Source: an uncultured Spirochaetota bacterium (GTDB lineage Bacteria; Spirochaetota; Spirochaetia; SZUA-6; Fen-1364). From it: a DNA stretch of 16,165 nucleotides. The stretch is taken from contig CAVUXE010000014.1 in NCBI GenBank assembly GCA_963745235.1, positions 1 through 16,165 of the forward strand, in the 5' to 3' direction. The notes under the pieces are model-generated. The model was given only the letters and a program-made list of their open reading frames with translations, made no database searches and was not told the DNA's origin. The position numbers and the translations under genes are program-made. Every line of letters starts with the position of its first letter. Within the stretch, counting starts at the first letter, position 1. Shown piece by piece: positions 1 through 8,238 of the stretch.

Positions 1-9
1 AGAGCGTCC

Positions 10-626
10 CTACTGAAAGACAAGTTCTCGGGGAACCGAAATCGAAGCTGGCATTCCAATATCTTCCAAACTAACAGGCTTCAAAGGGTAGGCAACGTGA
101 CCGGGCGGCACTGTGCCAGAAGCATTCGTGATGGTGCCGTTGCCGGGGTAATAGTACGACTGAAAGCCTGAAATGAACGTAGTTGGGCACAGCACATCCG
201 GAAGCGTCAACGGTTGCCGCCACACATGCTTGACGATCGACTGAAATGGCAAACCCCAAGAGCTTTTCCGTGTTCGGAGCAATATAGAACATCGTCCCTG
301 CGCCATTGGCTCCTGTATACCAACACGCCCAGTCTGTGAGAGTACCGTTCCAAGTGAGAATAATGAGGCTCTCTCTGGATGTGAGTACCGTCACGCTGTC
401 TGCGTTTGTCTCGGTTACATATCCCAGTGTACGTTTCCGTCAGCGTCTTTCAGCATTACCGACTTATCGGCTGGAGGGGCAGTCTGCCATTTTGTGAAGT
501 CGCGTTCATCGAGCAACCCGCGATCACGAGGCTGATGATCAAGGTGATAAGACTTGAGAGCAGGAACCGCGTTCTTCCGAAGGTATATAGCCCTTTTCTT
601 GCCTGCAAGGAACGGAAAATACTCAT
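10..626 (-). pseudogene. Putative lipoprotein (~200 aa), split by ~3 frameshifts (real decay or sequencing indels)
   Basis: Minus-strand reading from ATG at 626 gives a signal peptide with lipobox (RFLLSSLITLIISLVIAG-C). Frame shifts near ~480, ~430 and ~182 join segments ...DKSVMLKDADGNV / LGYVTETNADSVTVLTSR...WACWYTGANGAG...CAVPN / TFISGFQSYYYPGNG...VPRELVFQ* (stop 10-12). Start uncertain. Confidence 0.6.
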
Positions 627-854
627 CGAAGGTCTCTATTGAATTTTACCACGGTTCAAAGCAAACATCTTTTCAAGGTAACTTTCCAATTATGCTGCCA
701 GACGGTTTCTGTCGATCAGGGGGGACAAAGGAGTACAGTTGGAACCCTGGCTTTCAAGTGACCGCTCACAGCAGCCTAGCCCAATAAAGGGGCCGGCGTT
801 TTGAAGCGTTAGACCGGGAAAGGTTTTTGAACACTCGCCATCAACAGGCCGGTG

Positions 855-1130
855 TCATTCCGTTGGCATGGATTCTTCTTCAAGAATAAAGCGGGTGTCA
901 GGATACTTCTTCCTCAACCCCCTAACTTGCTTTGCAAGTGAATACCCCTCGTCGCTCATGTCCACACAACAACGATGAAAGCGCGTTTTGCTAGAGGCGT
1001 TCAGGGGTTCGAGGACTATCCCTGCGTGTTCGTCGGCAAGAGTGACAAGCTCGGATGCGAGCCGGTTTGCGTTGTTATTCGGCGAGCCTACCGTAAAAGG
1101 AGCTAAGACTTCCAGAAGAAAAGTGTTCAT
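855..1130 (-). CDS. Small hypothetical protein (91 aa), paralog of 1255-1527
   Basis: ATG at 1130 preceded by GGGGA RBS; aligns without gaps to the 1255-1527 product (30/85 identical by manual count). Confidence 0.75.
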   Translation of the reverse strand: MNTFLLEVLAPFTVGSPNNNANRLASELVTLADEHAGIVLEPLNASSKTRFHRCCVDMSDEGYSLAKQVRGLRKKYPDTRFILEEESMPTE

Positions 1131-1254
1131 GCGATCCCCCAAAAGATCAGGGTATACCCTTCCTAACACGCAAGCAATAGGCTATTGAATAAAGGATGAG
1201 TCAGGCGAAGTTTGTCGATTCGTTGCGGAAGAGTCCGCGATAGTTTCTTTGGTA

Positions 1255-1527
1255 TCATTCCGCCGTTTGGTATTCTGTGAGAGCAAATCGGGTGCCTGGG
1301 AACTTCGTCTTCAACCATTCCAGTTCTTTTTCAAGTAGATTGTCACAGTCAAGGAGGTTCACGAACCGACGCTCATAGGAGAATCTTGCAGACGAGCCGG
1401 ATGCCTCGGCTGGTACCCCGTCATGCGTTGTGACTATAATGCCAAGCACGGAATCCAGTTGATCGGTAACGTCATTTTCAGAGCCTTCAAGAAACGATGC
1501 TTCGACTTCAAGAGAAAATCTGCTCAC
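1255..1527 (-). CDS. Small hypothetical protein (90 aa), paralog of 855-1130
   Basis: GTG start with GGAG RBS; motifs FxLEVxAxFxxGS and LxxK(Y/F)PxTRFxLxE are shared with its neighbour. Confidence 0.75.
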   Translation of the reverse strand: MSRFSLEVEASFLEGSENDVTDQLDSVLGIIVTTHDGVPAEASGSSARFSYERRFVNLLDCDNLLEKELEWLKTKFPGTRFALTEYQTAE

Positions 1528-2062
1528 TTGATAAGCTCCAAATACAAAGATAGGTTAGCCCTTCCAACGCGGCAAGAAAGTCAGACTCTTCCTCCGGAGG
1601 GTACTGAGCAGGGGAGTCGCCGTGTCGTTCGGAGATCAAAGGCAATTTGCGCTTCTCCGTTTTGTCTAAGGGTTCCATTGCTATGACCTTGACTTCATGC
1701 ATCCAGTTATCACCGAAGTCAAAGAGGTATTCAAAGGTTTGGTCAACTTTTAGATGCAGAGAATCGAGTCTTGTTTTGGCAGCATTAAAAGGCTTGTCCT
1801 CAGAAAAGGGATCACGTTCCTCCAACATGATAGGTGAGGAATATTCCTTTGGCTGGAAGTCAAACCTATCCCTTCGTGCCACTGCTCTTGGGAAATAGAA
1901 AGAATACAAGTGTTCATCGTACCGGTCAAACGCTTCATAGATCATTTCATGTAGATCGTGAAGGGTGTGGTCGCCGCGCAGGACGACGGTTCTCCAAATA
2001 CTTTTAGCGCCTTTTAGATTGATTTTGAAAGTGTATTGCATGTCGGAACGCTTTCTTGCCAT
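1508..2062 (-). CDS. Plasmid pRiA4b ORF-3 family protein (IS1096 passenger TnpR-like)
   Basis: Characteristic motifs IWR.V....TL.DLHE.I..AF....EHLYSF and FEYLFDFGDNWMHEV, plus C-terminal G.SP.QYP; AGGAG RBS. The 3' tail overlaps the next gene by 20 nt. Confidence 0.85.
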   Translation of the reverse strand: MARKRSDMQYTFKINLKGAKSIWRTVVLRGDHTLHDLHEMIYEAFDRYDEHLYSFYFPRAVARRDRFDFQPKEYSSPIMLEERDPFSEDKPFNAAKTRLDSLHLKVDQTFEYLFDFGDNWMHEVKVIAMEPLDKTEKRKLPLISERHGDSPAQYPPEEESDFLAALEGLTYLCIWSLSSEQIFS

Positions 2063-2152
2063 GACTCCTGTACTCCCTTAAAAAGCCCAACCTTGCCCAT
2101 CAACTCCCCTTCGAGGTCACTGAGCTTGAGGTTTCTTGAAGAATATCTCATT

Positions 2153-3875
2153 CAGGCTGTCGAAAAAACCAGTACGCACAAGGCCCGGGGGATGCGGCGT
2201 GAGCGCAGGCGCGTACGAATACGCGATGGCGGAAAGTAGTCTGCCCGGTGATTCGCACAGTTATGCCCCATTTGGACCTTTTCGTGTGCCCCTTTTTGCG
2301 GCTCTCCGCAATCCCTCGAGACCTTAACCAGGCGCTGTCGTCATCTTCATGAAGTTGTGCAGCATGAACAACAGCGCTGCCTCCATCCGCACTTTCTTTA
2401 ACCCCCTGCGCATCGCCGCGCGGAACTTCAGGTTCCATTTGATATTGCCAAACGGCGACTCTGCAGAGTGCGCGCGTTTGTTGTACCTGCCTTGTGACCT
2501 CTTCTTTTCAAGTTTCGTTCGCATCCGCTCGCGCACTTCTTCATTGCGATCCCGGAACACCTCCCGGTGTGTCCCCTTCGTGCATTTGCTGCGAACGGCA
2601 CATCTGGCGCAGGCGCTCGGATTCTCGTAGCGGTTATAAATCCGTCCGTGAACTTCCACAGAACCTGTGTTCCTCAATACCCATCCGCTCGGACAACGAT
2701 AACTGTCGCTCTTCGCCCGAAAGCTGAACTTCGAGCGATCATAGGCGCCTCTGGCCGTCGTCCCGTTTTTTTCGGCTTCCATGCGAACGTCGGGGATGAG
2801 TGCTTCCTGCGCATCCAATTCAAGCTTCTCATAGTTTCCCATGCTGGCAAATCCGGCATCCGCTTCTACCTCACGGTGCTTCTCTGCGGTGTTCTGACGG
2901 CTGCCCTCGATCGCCTCAGGCAAGGCCGCCACATCGTCATCCCCGGCATTCACCTGGAAATGTGTCACAATGTCGTGCTCCACGTCCGTCGTCGTAGTAA
3001 TCGAAAACGCCGTATTCCTCTCCCCGTTCGCCTGTTGCATGATATGCGCGTCCGGGTCGGTGATGTTGACCTTCTCTTTCTTAACAAGCTCTTGCTTCTT
3101 CTTCTCACTTGCCTCGCGGCTCTTTTCTGCCAATCGTTGCAGGAGAACTTTCTTGGCTTCCCGCACCCTTTCGGCTCGCCGTTTCAACGCCAGAACTTCC
3201 TCTTCCTCGGCGCTCTTCACATCTGAAGCAGTCTCCAACACTTCCTTCAGGCGTTGTGCAATCTTGTTTTCTTCCTTCTTGATCCCTTCAAGGGTCTTGC
3301 TCTGTCTGTAGTTGGCGCTGGCCCGCAACTTGACGCTGTCGATGGCAAGGAGGTCAAACTCGATCAGATTCTGCTCCTTGCAGCTCGCAACCACTTGGCT
3401 GAACAACTCCACGATTTCCCCGGCAAACCGCGACAGAAAAAGTCCCATCGTTGAATGATCGATGGTCATGTCGCCAGTCAACCATTTGTACGCCAGGTTG
3501 TTGATCGTATCTTCTTCCATTTTCCGCAGGGAGAAGCGGCAACTGTGAAGTGCCAACAAAGCAACTTTCAGAAGGGTCTTTGGATGGAAAGGCGGGCGCC
3601 CGTTGTCGGAGTCCACTTCATAGGATTCTTCAATTGCACGAGTGTCCAAAGAATCCACCAAATCGTTGATGATATTCACTGCGCTCCCCGCCGGAGCGAC
3701 GGTTGAAAGGTCAACCTGCGTCAGTAGCAGCATCTGGGATCGATTGGGAATGAGGAATGCCGGCATGAAGTCCCTCCCGTTCCTTCACGAATAGCCATTC
3801 GACTCCTCATTCTACATCCTGCTGTCGCGCCAAACAATGATTTTCTTCAACGAGACTGACTTTTTCGACAGCCTG
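2153..3875 (-). mobile_element. Complete IS1182-family insertion sequence (1723 bp)
   Basis: Terminal IRs CAGGCTGTCGAAAAAaccagt (2153-2173) and actgacTTTTTCGACAGCCTG (3855-3875), 19/21 match; flanked by ATT on both sides (2150-2152, 3876-3878); single transposase inside. Confidence 0.85.
2324..3766 (-). CDS. IS1182-family DDE transposase (480 aa)
   Basis: GRPPFHP..LLK (DUF772-like N-terminus), AIDSVKLRASA, N.TDPDA..M, ADAGF, Cys cluster YRCPSG...CARC....C, C-terminal AESPFGNIK...RGLKKV..E......HNF; GGAGG RBS. Confidence 0.92.
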   Translation of the reverse strand: MPAFLIPNRSQMLLLTQVDLSTVAPAGSAVNIINDLVDSLDTRAIEESYEVDSDNGRPPFHPKTLLKVALLALHSCRFSLRKMEEDTINNLAYKWLTGDMTIDHSTMGLFLSRFAGEIVELFSQVVASCKEQNLIEFDLLAIDSVKLRASANYRQSKTLEGIKKEENKIAQRLKEVLETASDVKSAEEEEVLALKRRAERVREAKKVLLQRLAEKSREASEKKKQELVKKEKVNITDPDAHIMQQANGERNTAFSITTTTDVEHDIVTHFQVNAGDDDVAALPEAIEGSRQNTAEKHREVEADAGFASMGNYEKLELDAQEALIPDVRMEAEKNGTTARGAYDRSKFSFRAKSDSYRCPSGWVLRNTGSVEVHGRIYNRYENPSACARCAVRSKCTKGTHREVFRDRNEEVRERMRTKLEKKRSQGRYNKRAHSAESPFGNIKWNLKFRAAMRRGLKKVRMEAALLFMLHNFMKMTTAPG

Positions 3876-4047
3876 ATTGAACCATTCTCTGCCAGTTTCA
3901 TTTTGGGCCATGTGCTGCGCGGCAAAGGCCAAAAACGCCTGTCACTCGTGGTGACGCCTTGTTGGCCTAATCCCGGCCAGCAAGAAGGTTTCACTCTCAT
4001 CGAATCAAATTCTGGCTCGACACGCCCCCAGTTCCGGAACGATTTCC

Positions 4048-4076
4048 TTGACAAGCCCTCGTTCGGGAGTCAGTAT
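4048..4076 (+). promoter_or_regulatory. Candidate sigma70 promoter of the beta-barrel gene
   Basis: TTGACA (4048-4053), 17 nt spacer, CAGTAT (4071-4076); GGAGG RBS at 4087-4091. The -10 match is weak. Confidence 0.35.
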
Positions 4077-4098
4077 CCGAAGTATCGGAGGTATATGT

Positions 4099-4663
4099 AT
4101 GAGAAAAATGGTCATGATTCTTGCTGCCCTATCCTTGCTGGTTGCGGCCTCTGTTGGCGCTCAATCTGTAACGCCTGTCAACGGAGACCTCGGCCTCGGG
4201 GCGTCTGTCTCGACGAGCAACGAGCAGTTGCTTAGGGTTTTGGCATCTTAGCGATTCCATTTTGATAGAGCCAACGGTAGGAATCTACAATTACAACTAC
4301 GCAGACACAGCCGCAGGAACTACCACAAACTATTCTGGCACTTGGTTCGGGATCGGCGCTGACGTGTTCTACGTGCTACACGCCTTTAGCAACCTGACAG
4401 TGCAAGTCGGCCCCGGCTTCTTCTTCTCGACGGAAGCTTACAAACCCAATGGCAACCCGGACAACTTCCAGTTTACGTATTGGGCTGCTAGCCTAAACCT
4501 GCAACTGCTGGCGATGCTGAACAGGAACCTTGGTGTCTTTACGAGCTTGGGCCTTGAGTATTGGTCTCAAGACACGAAGGATACGACCGTTAGCACCGAA
4601 ACGTTGTTGACGGAAATACAGATCATCAACCCGTCACTGGGTGTGGTCTACTACTTCAAATAG
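4099..4663 (+). pseudogene. Outer-membrane beta-barrel-like protein (~187 aa) with a single +1 frameshift
   Basis: Signal peptide MRKMVMILAALSLLVAASVGA-Q. Removing one base at ~4234-4241 (AGGGTTTT) joins to ...WHLSDSILIEPTVGIYNY. Alternating aromatic/Gly beta-strand pattern and C-terminal SLGVVYYFK. Confidence 0.7.
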
Positions 4664-4678
4664 GATATTCTGCAAAGC

Positions 4679-4720
4679 CCCCGCCCTCCGAGTACCGATT
4701 CGCGTTTGGGAAGGGCGGGG
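4679..4720 (+). terminator. GC-rich stem-loop downstream of the beta-barrel gene
   Basis: CCCCGCCCT (4679-4687) / AGGGCGGGG (4712-4720); large loop, no U tract. Confidence 0.3.
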
Positions 4721-4862
4721 AGATTGGACCCCCGTTCTAATAGCCTTGGCTTTGATCCAGCGCTCGTTGGCTAAACGTGTTTCACTATCATCCGATCAAA
4801 TACTGATCCGTTTGCCTTTCTACCGGAAACGCATCCGGCTCCTGGGGGGCACCCCTTACAAC

Positions 4863-4894
4863 AAAAGAGTGTCACACAGGTAGACACCCTTTTT
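4863..4894. repeat. 11-9-11 inverted repeat with A/T tails (bidirectional terminator or binding site)
   Basis: AAAAGAGTGTC (4863-4873) / GACACCCTTTT (4883-4893), 10/11 complementary. Confidence 0.45.
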
Positions 4895-5113
4895 CAGCGC
4901 TATCTTGGGGCAGCTACAGAAGGTCCGTAGATGGTTCCGGCTCCCTGGGACGTGCCTGGACTCAATCTTGTCGTGTCCGGCATTGTCCGGACCCGCCAGG
5001 AGCCAATCAGGGGCATTCCGGATAGAAGGTGCGGTTTCCTCTGAGGCTTACATGCCATTTCTTCCGAGACGGTCCACTAAAGCTGCTTGAGGGAGATGTT
5101 TCCAGAAGATCGG

Positions 5114-5137
5114 ACCTCGTATCAAATGATTCGAGGT
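5114..5137. promoter_or_regulatory. Palindromic operator-like site upstream of the tyrosine recombinase
   Basis: ACCTCGTATCA-AA-TGATTCGAGGT, 10/11 complementary with a 2-nt centre. Confidence 0.45.
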
Positions 5138-5188
5138 TAAAAAGTAGCTCAGGCAGAAGGATGTGGTCGTTGCCGTGCCCCAAAAGTG

Positions 5189-5221
5189 TGGACTTTTAAC
5201 CCAAAATAGGTTATGTTAATA
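5189..5221 (+). promoter_or_regulatory. Candidate promoter overlapped by a dif-like 11-6-11 recombination site
   Basis: TGGACT-17-TATGTT (5189-5217). Site TTTTAACCCAA-AATAGG-TTATGTTAATA (5194-5221); the right arm matches the E. coli dif XerD arm TTATGTTAAAT at its first 9 positions. Confidence 0.55.
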
Positions 5222-5249
5222 GAGATTACCAAATGAAAAAGGAGCACTA

Positions 5250-6203
5250 ATGCCTACCCTGCCGGTTTTGGTCAGAAAGCCCGACAAGAGGCACCCCAAT
5301 CCCGCCAAGGTCTACCTTTCAGCCCTAGCAAAGTCTGGACGCAGGGCTGTGGATGCTCAGTTACGTGGAGTAGCCAAGGTGCTCGGCGCTACTTCAATAG
5401 ATTCCGTTCCTTGGCACCAACTCAAACACGAATATGTCGTTGCCCTCAAGACGAAGGCGCTTGAAATGGGTAAGAGTCCTGCGACCGTGAACTTGATGTT
5501 GTCAGGCATTCGGGGAGTGATGCGCTCTGCCTGGAATATGGGTCTGATCACCGCCGAGGACTTGGCTCGGATTTTAGCGGTGAAGAGCGTCAAGTCAGTA
5601 ACGGAGCCTAAAGGAAGAAGGATTACCAGCGGCGAGCTTGGCGCGATCATGTCCGCTATCAACACGGAGACTACATCGGGGAAGAGAGACGCAGGGATCA
5701 TCGCTCTTGCCTACTGCGGCGGACTTCGCAGACAGGAACTTGCAAACCTTCTGGTTGAAAACCTGAATGATAAAGACGACGAGATCGAGATCACGATCAA
5801 GAGGGGCAAAGGTCGGAAAGATAGAATTCTGTTTCTCAACAACGGCGGGGCTGATGCTCTGCGGGACTATCTCGTAGTTCGTGGAGACTCACCCGGAAAG
5901 CTGTTTTGGGCATCACTCAAAAGTGGAAACCTGATCGCTGACTCAAAAATGAGCGATCAGTCAATCTATGCGAGAATCACATGGTGTGCAAAGAAAGCAG
6001 GAGTAAAGGCACTCACGCCCCACGACATGCGGCGATCCTTCGTCTCGGATATGCTGGATGCAGGCGTAGACATAAGCACCGTGGCGGCGATGGCAGGGCA
6101 CTCGTCAGTGGCAACGACTCAGAGATACGACAGGCGCGGCGATGAGGCGAAGAAGAGGGCGGCGAAGGCGTTGCATCTACCTTATTCCCGAAAACTTGCT
6201 TGA
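5250..6203 (+). CDS. Tyrosine recombinase, XerC/XerD-like phage integrase family (317 aa)
   Basis: Full catalytic set: RD..II......GLRRQEL (R), GKGRKDR (K), HDMRR (HxxR), GHSS (H), TTQRY (Y); N-terminal core-binding region SPATVN..LS.IR; AAGGAG RBS. Confidence 0.95.
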   Translation: MPTLPVLVRKPDKRHPNPAKVYLSALAKSGRRAVDAQLRGVAKVLGATSIDSVPWHQLKHEYVVALKTKALEMGKSPATVNLMLSGIRGVMRSAWNMGLITAEDLARILAVKSVKSVTEPKGRRITSGELGAIMSAINTETTSGKRDAGIIALAYCGGLRRQELANLLVENLNDKDDEIEITIKRGKGRKDRILFLNNGGADALRDYLVVRGDSPGKLFWASLKSGNLIADSKMSDQSIYARITWCAKKAGVKALTPHDMRRSFVSDMLDAGVDISTVAAMAGHSSVATTQRYDRRGDEAKKRAAKALHLPYSRKLA

Positions 6204-6396
6204 AGAGGAAACAAAAGTTGTCAAGCTCCCACGTCAACAAAAGGGGTCGCCGGTGTACAAGCCTCACAAGTCCACCAAAGCGAGAGGGCGATGACCAGAT
6301 AGGCTACCGGTTCGGTGTAGGTCGTCATAGCAAGCCTTGGACAGTTGGACGCTTTGACTTATTCTCCTAACGCCATCCTGAAAGGAGATTGTCAGA

Positions 6397-6491
6397 ATGC
6401 GGGGAGTCTTGCTGTCCGAGGTCATTCCAAATCTTGAACATAGCATCACGGTTATCGTGAGTGCCCCTCCCACATCGTTCCTCGTTAGCTA
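6397..6491 (+). pseudogene. 5' part of a 216-aa membrane-anchored hypothetical protein interrupted by the IS5-family element
   Basis: AAAGGAG RBS at 6381-6387, ATG 6397; joins in frame to 8650-9205 when 6492-8649 is removed (...SFLVSY-GAYIIAIIGIGF...). Confidence 0.75.
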
Positions 6492-6683
6492 CAGCTTGTC
6501 GGGTAATTCTTGGCGGCGATTCGCGTGGCATGCAGTACGTCGTCGGCTATCACGATGCTTGCTCGGTAGGCGGTCCGCCGTGACCCTTCATCGTCAACTC
6601 AGAGGCGCTGTCGGTGCGGTAGGAATCGTTTCCCTTTGCTGCTACTTGTCTTTGTGTCTGATGATCGATTCTTAGATCGATTT

Positions 6684-8054
6684 TCAACCGCTCAGCACCA
6701 TTGTCTTGCGGCGCGCAAGCTCTCGGACCAGTTTGTTGGCGTTGAACCCCAGCACTGCACGCTGACCGCAGGCGCCCATCATAGTCACCGAGCGGGCTGC
6801 CGGGCGGTTGAACCCATAGCGCGGACTTTTGATGGAGCCGATTCCCGCCTCTACCAAAGCCCGCTCTCTGACCAGCCGGTCGCGCACCGGTCTGCTTACC
6901 GACCACTGTGTACGTCCACGGGGGGCCAGTCCCACCTCCTTGACCCCCAACTTCTTCAAGGCGGAGAGGTTCTGCGCGCTGTATCCACCACGATCGTAGG
7001 CATATGCCAGCGGCGCTTTGCCAAAGAGCGCGAGGTGGTCCTTGACTGCTCGCACTGCAAACTTCGTGTCCACCAACTCGCGGCGATCCTTGGCCAGCGT
7101 GGCCAGCAGGTACCCACCGGCCAGACGCGTAATGCCCCAGCTCAGTCCGAACTCCACCGATTTGCCTACTTTGCCGCGCACGATACTGTAGAGTTGCGGG
7201 ATATGCAGGCTGATGATCTTGCCGCTGGCCACATAGCCTGAGCGAATCCAGTAGCGGATCTGCGGCAGCAATTTGCTCATCGTTTCGTGCAATTGCACCA
7301 GCTTGCTCTTGGCCACGATGGCGTACTTGCGTAGCTTTGTTCTCTGTGCGGCAGCTTCGCCCAGCGCCTTGCCCAAATGCGCGTTGAGCTTCTCGACGAT
7401 GGTGAGCATCTGAGTCATCACCCGATCCTTGCTCTCCTTGGTCTTGGCAAACAGGCGGTACTCTCGAGCTTTCTGCCCGGCCGCCTGGAATTGACTCGCC
7501 GTCTGTTGCAAAAACCCCTTCAGCCCTCGGCCAACCTTCCGCCCTGCGGCAGCCGCCGAGCGCAGGAAGGCGGACATAAGTCCCATCTCGTTGGGATAGG
7601 GGATTGCCGCTTCCTGCGCTGTGGTGTCGGCCACCAGGGTCCTGGGATCTGCCAGCTTTTGCTTCACCGCCAGGTGCACCACGTACTGATTGATGAGATT
7701 GATCCCCTGCTCTCCCATCAATTCGGTGAAGTCTTGGATCGTGGTGAAGTCCGGCGTCCAACTCGTCTCGGTCAGCCCGCACAGGTAACGCGCCGGGGCG
7801 TAGTATTGGATGAGGTCTTCCGCCTCCCGATAGGTGAGCTTGCGTGTAGCCATGAACAGCATAGCGCCGAGGGTGGCGCGCAAATGCGGCGGCTGGCCTG
7901 CAGCGTTCTTCAACTTTGCCAGACGGATCTGTTGGGCGCGCTGTTGCAGCTCCTCCCAATCGAGGGTGTCGGCGATCTGGACGAGGCGATGGTTGTCGGC
8001 CACAGGGATGGTTGGACTCTTGGATCTGGGCAATAGATCGGGCTGACGCGGCAT
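6684..8054 (-). CDS. IS5-family DDE transposase (456 aa)
   Basis: Motifs ADTTAQEAAIPYPNE, KIISLH.P....I.RGK..K.VEFG, YDRGG, RA.VEA.IG..K..RYG..R; ATG 8054 has a GGAGG RBS (preferred over the ORF-track start at 8120). Confidence 0.85.
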   Translation of the reverse strand: MPRQPDLLPRSKSPTIPVADNHRLVQIADTLDWEELQQRAQQIRLAKLKNAAGQPPHLRATLGAMLFMATRKLTYREAEDLIQYYAPARYLCGLTETSWTPDFTTIQDFTELMGEQGINLINQYVVHLAVKQKLADPRTLVADTTAQEAAIPYPNEMGLMSAFLRSAAAAGRKVGRGLKGFLQQTASQFQAAGQKAREYRLFAKTKESKDRVMTQMLTIVEKLNAHLGKALGEAAAQRTKLRKYAIVAKSKLVQLHETMSKLLPQIRYWIRSGYVASGKIISLHIPQLYSIVRGKVGKSVEFGLSWGITRLAGGYLLATLAKDRRELVDTKFAVRAVKDHLALFGKAPLAYAYDRGGYSAQNLSALKKLGVKEVGLAPRGRTQWSVSRPVRDRLVRERALVEAGIGSIKSPRYGFNRPAARSVTMMGACGQRAVLGFNANKLVRELARRKTMVLSG

Positions 8055-8173
8055 AGGGGGGAACCTCCGCTGAAGTGGTTGGGATAACGCAAGGGCGTGT
8101 ACTGAAGCCGCCGAGCACAAGGAGCAGACACAGGGCCGAAGAGAGGATCGGGAGGCAAAGTCGAACCGGGAGG

Positions 8174-8230
8174 ATATTGACGGGAGACATTTCCCCAGTA
8201 GTATAACTGGGGACTAATCTCTGTCAATAT
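8174..8230. promoter_or_regulatory. Overlapping divergent promoters within a double palindrome
   Basis: Plus strand: TTGACG (8177-8182)-16-TAGTAT (8199-8204). Minus strand: TTGACA (8227-8222)-16-TATACT (8205-8200). Inner IR TCCCCAGT/ACTGGGGA (8192-8199/8206-8213); outer IR ATATTGAC/GTCAATAT (8174-8181/8223-8230). Confidence 0.7.
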
Positions 8231-8238
8231 ACATCGCC

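Noticed and set aside
741-815. attC-like appearance (GGAAC...TTCAA...TTGAAGCGTTAGAC), suggesting integron cassettes; also TCTAACCG...CGGTTGGC at ~10001-10048
   Set aside because: Poor pairing, no repeated attC family between genes, mixed gene orientations, and the tyrosine recombinase lacks the IntI-specific insertion.
855-1527. Tandem ~90-aa genes as Cas2/VapD with a CRISPR array
   Set aside because: No N-terminal YD motif, no cas1, and no repeat-spacer array seen in the window.
2349-3706. Multiple plus-strand ORFs opposite the IS1182 transposase (likewise antisense ORFs in 6636-8046 and 11446-13076)
   Set aside because: Antisense shadows of transposase genes, with no independent coding signals.
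5194-5221. The host chromosomal dif site
   Set aside because: The left arm resembles an inverted XerD-type arm rather than a XerC arm, and the site lies in an accessory island; kept only as a dif-like site.
6663-6682. ATCGATTCTTAGATCGATT, whose reverse complement resembles AATCGATCTAGAA at the polB stop (15901-15913), as a possible att pair
   Set aside because: Short gapped match lying inside an unrelated IS; chance similarity built on an ATCGAT palindrome is more likely.
6550-8190. 546-aa minus-strand ORF overlapping the IS5 transposase
   Set aside because: Alternative frame of GC-rich coding DNA; Arg/Pro/Gly-rich with no motifs. The DDE motifs are in the 6684-8054 frame.
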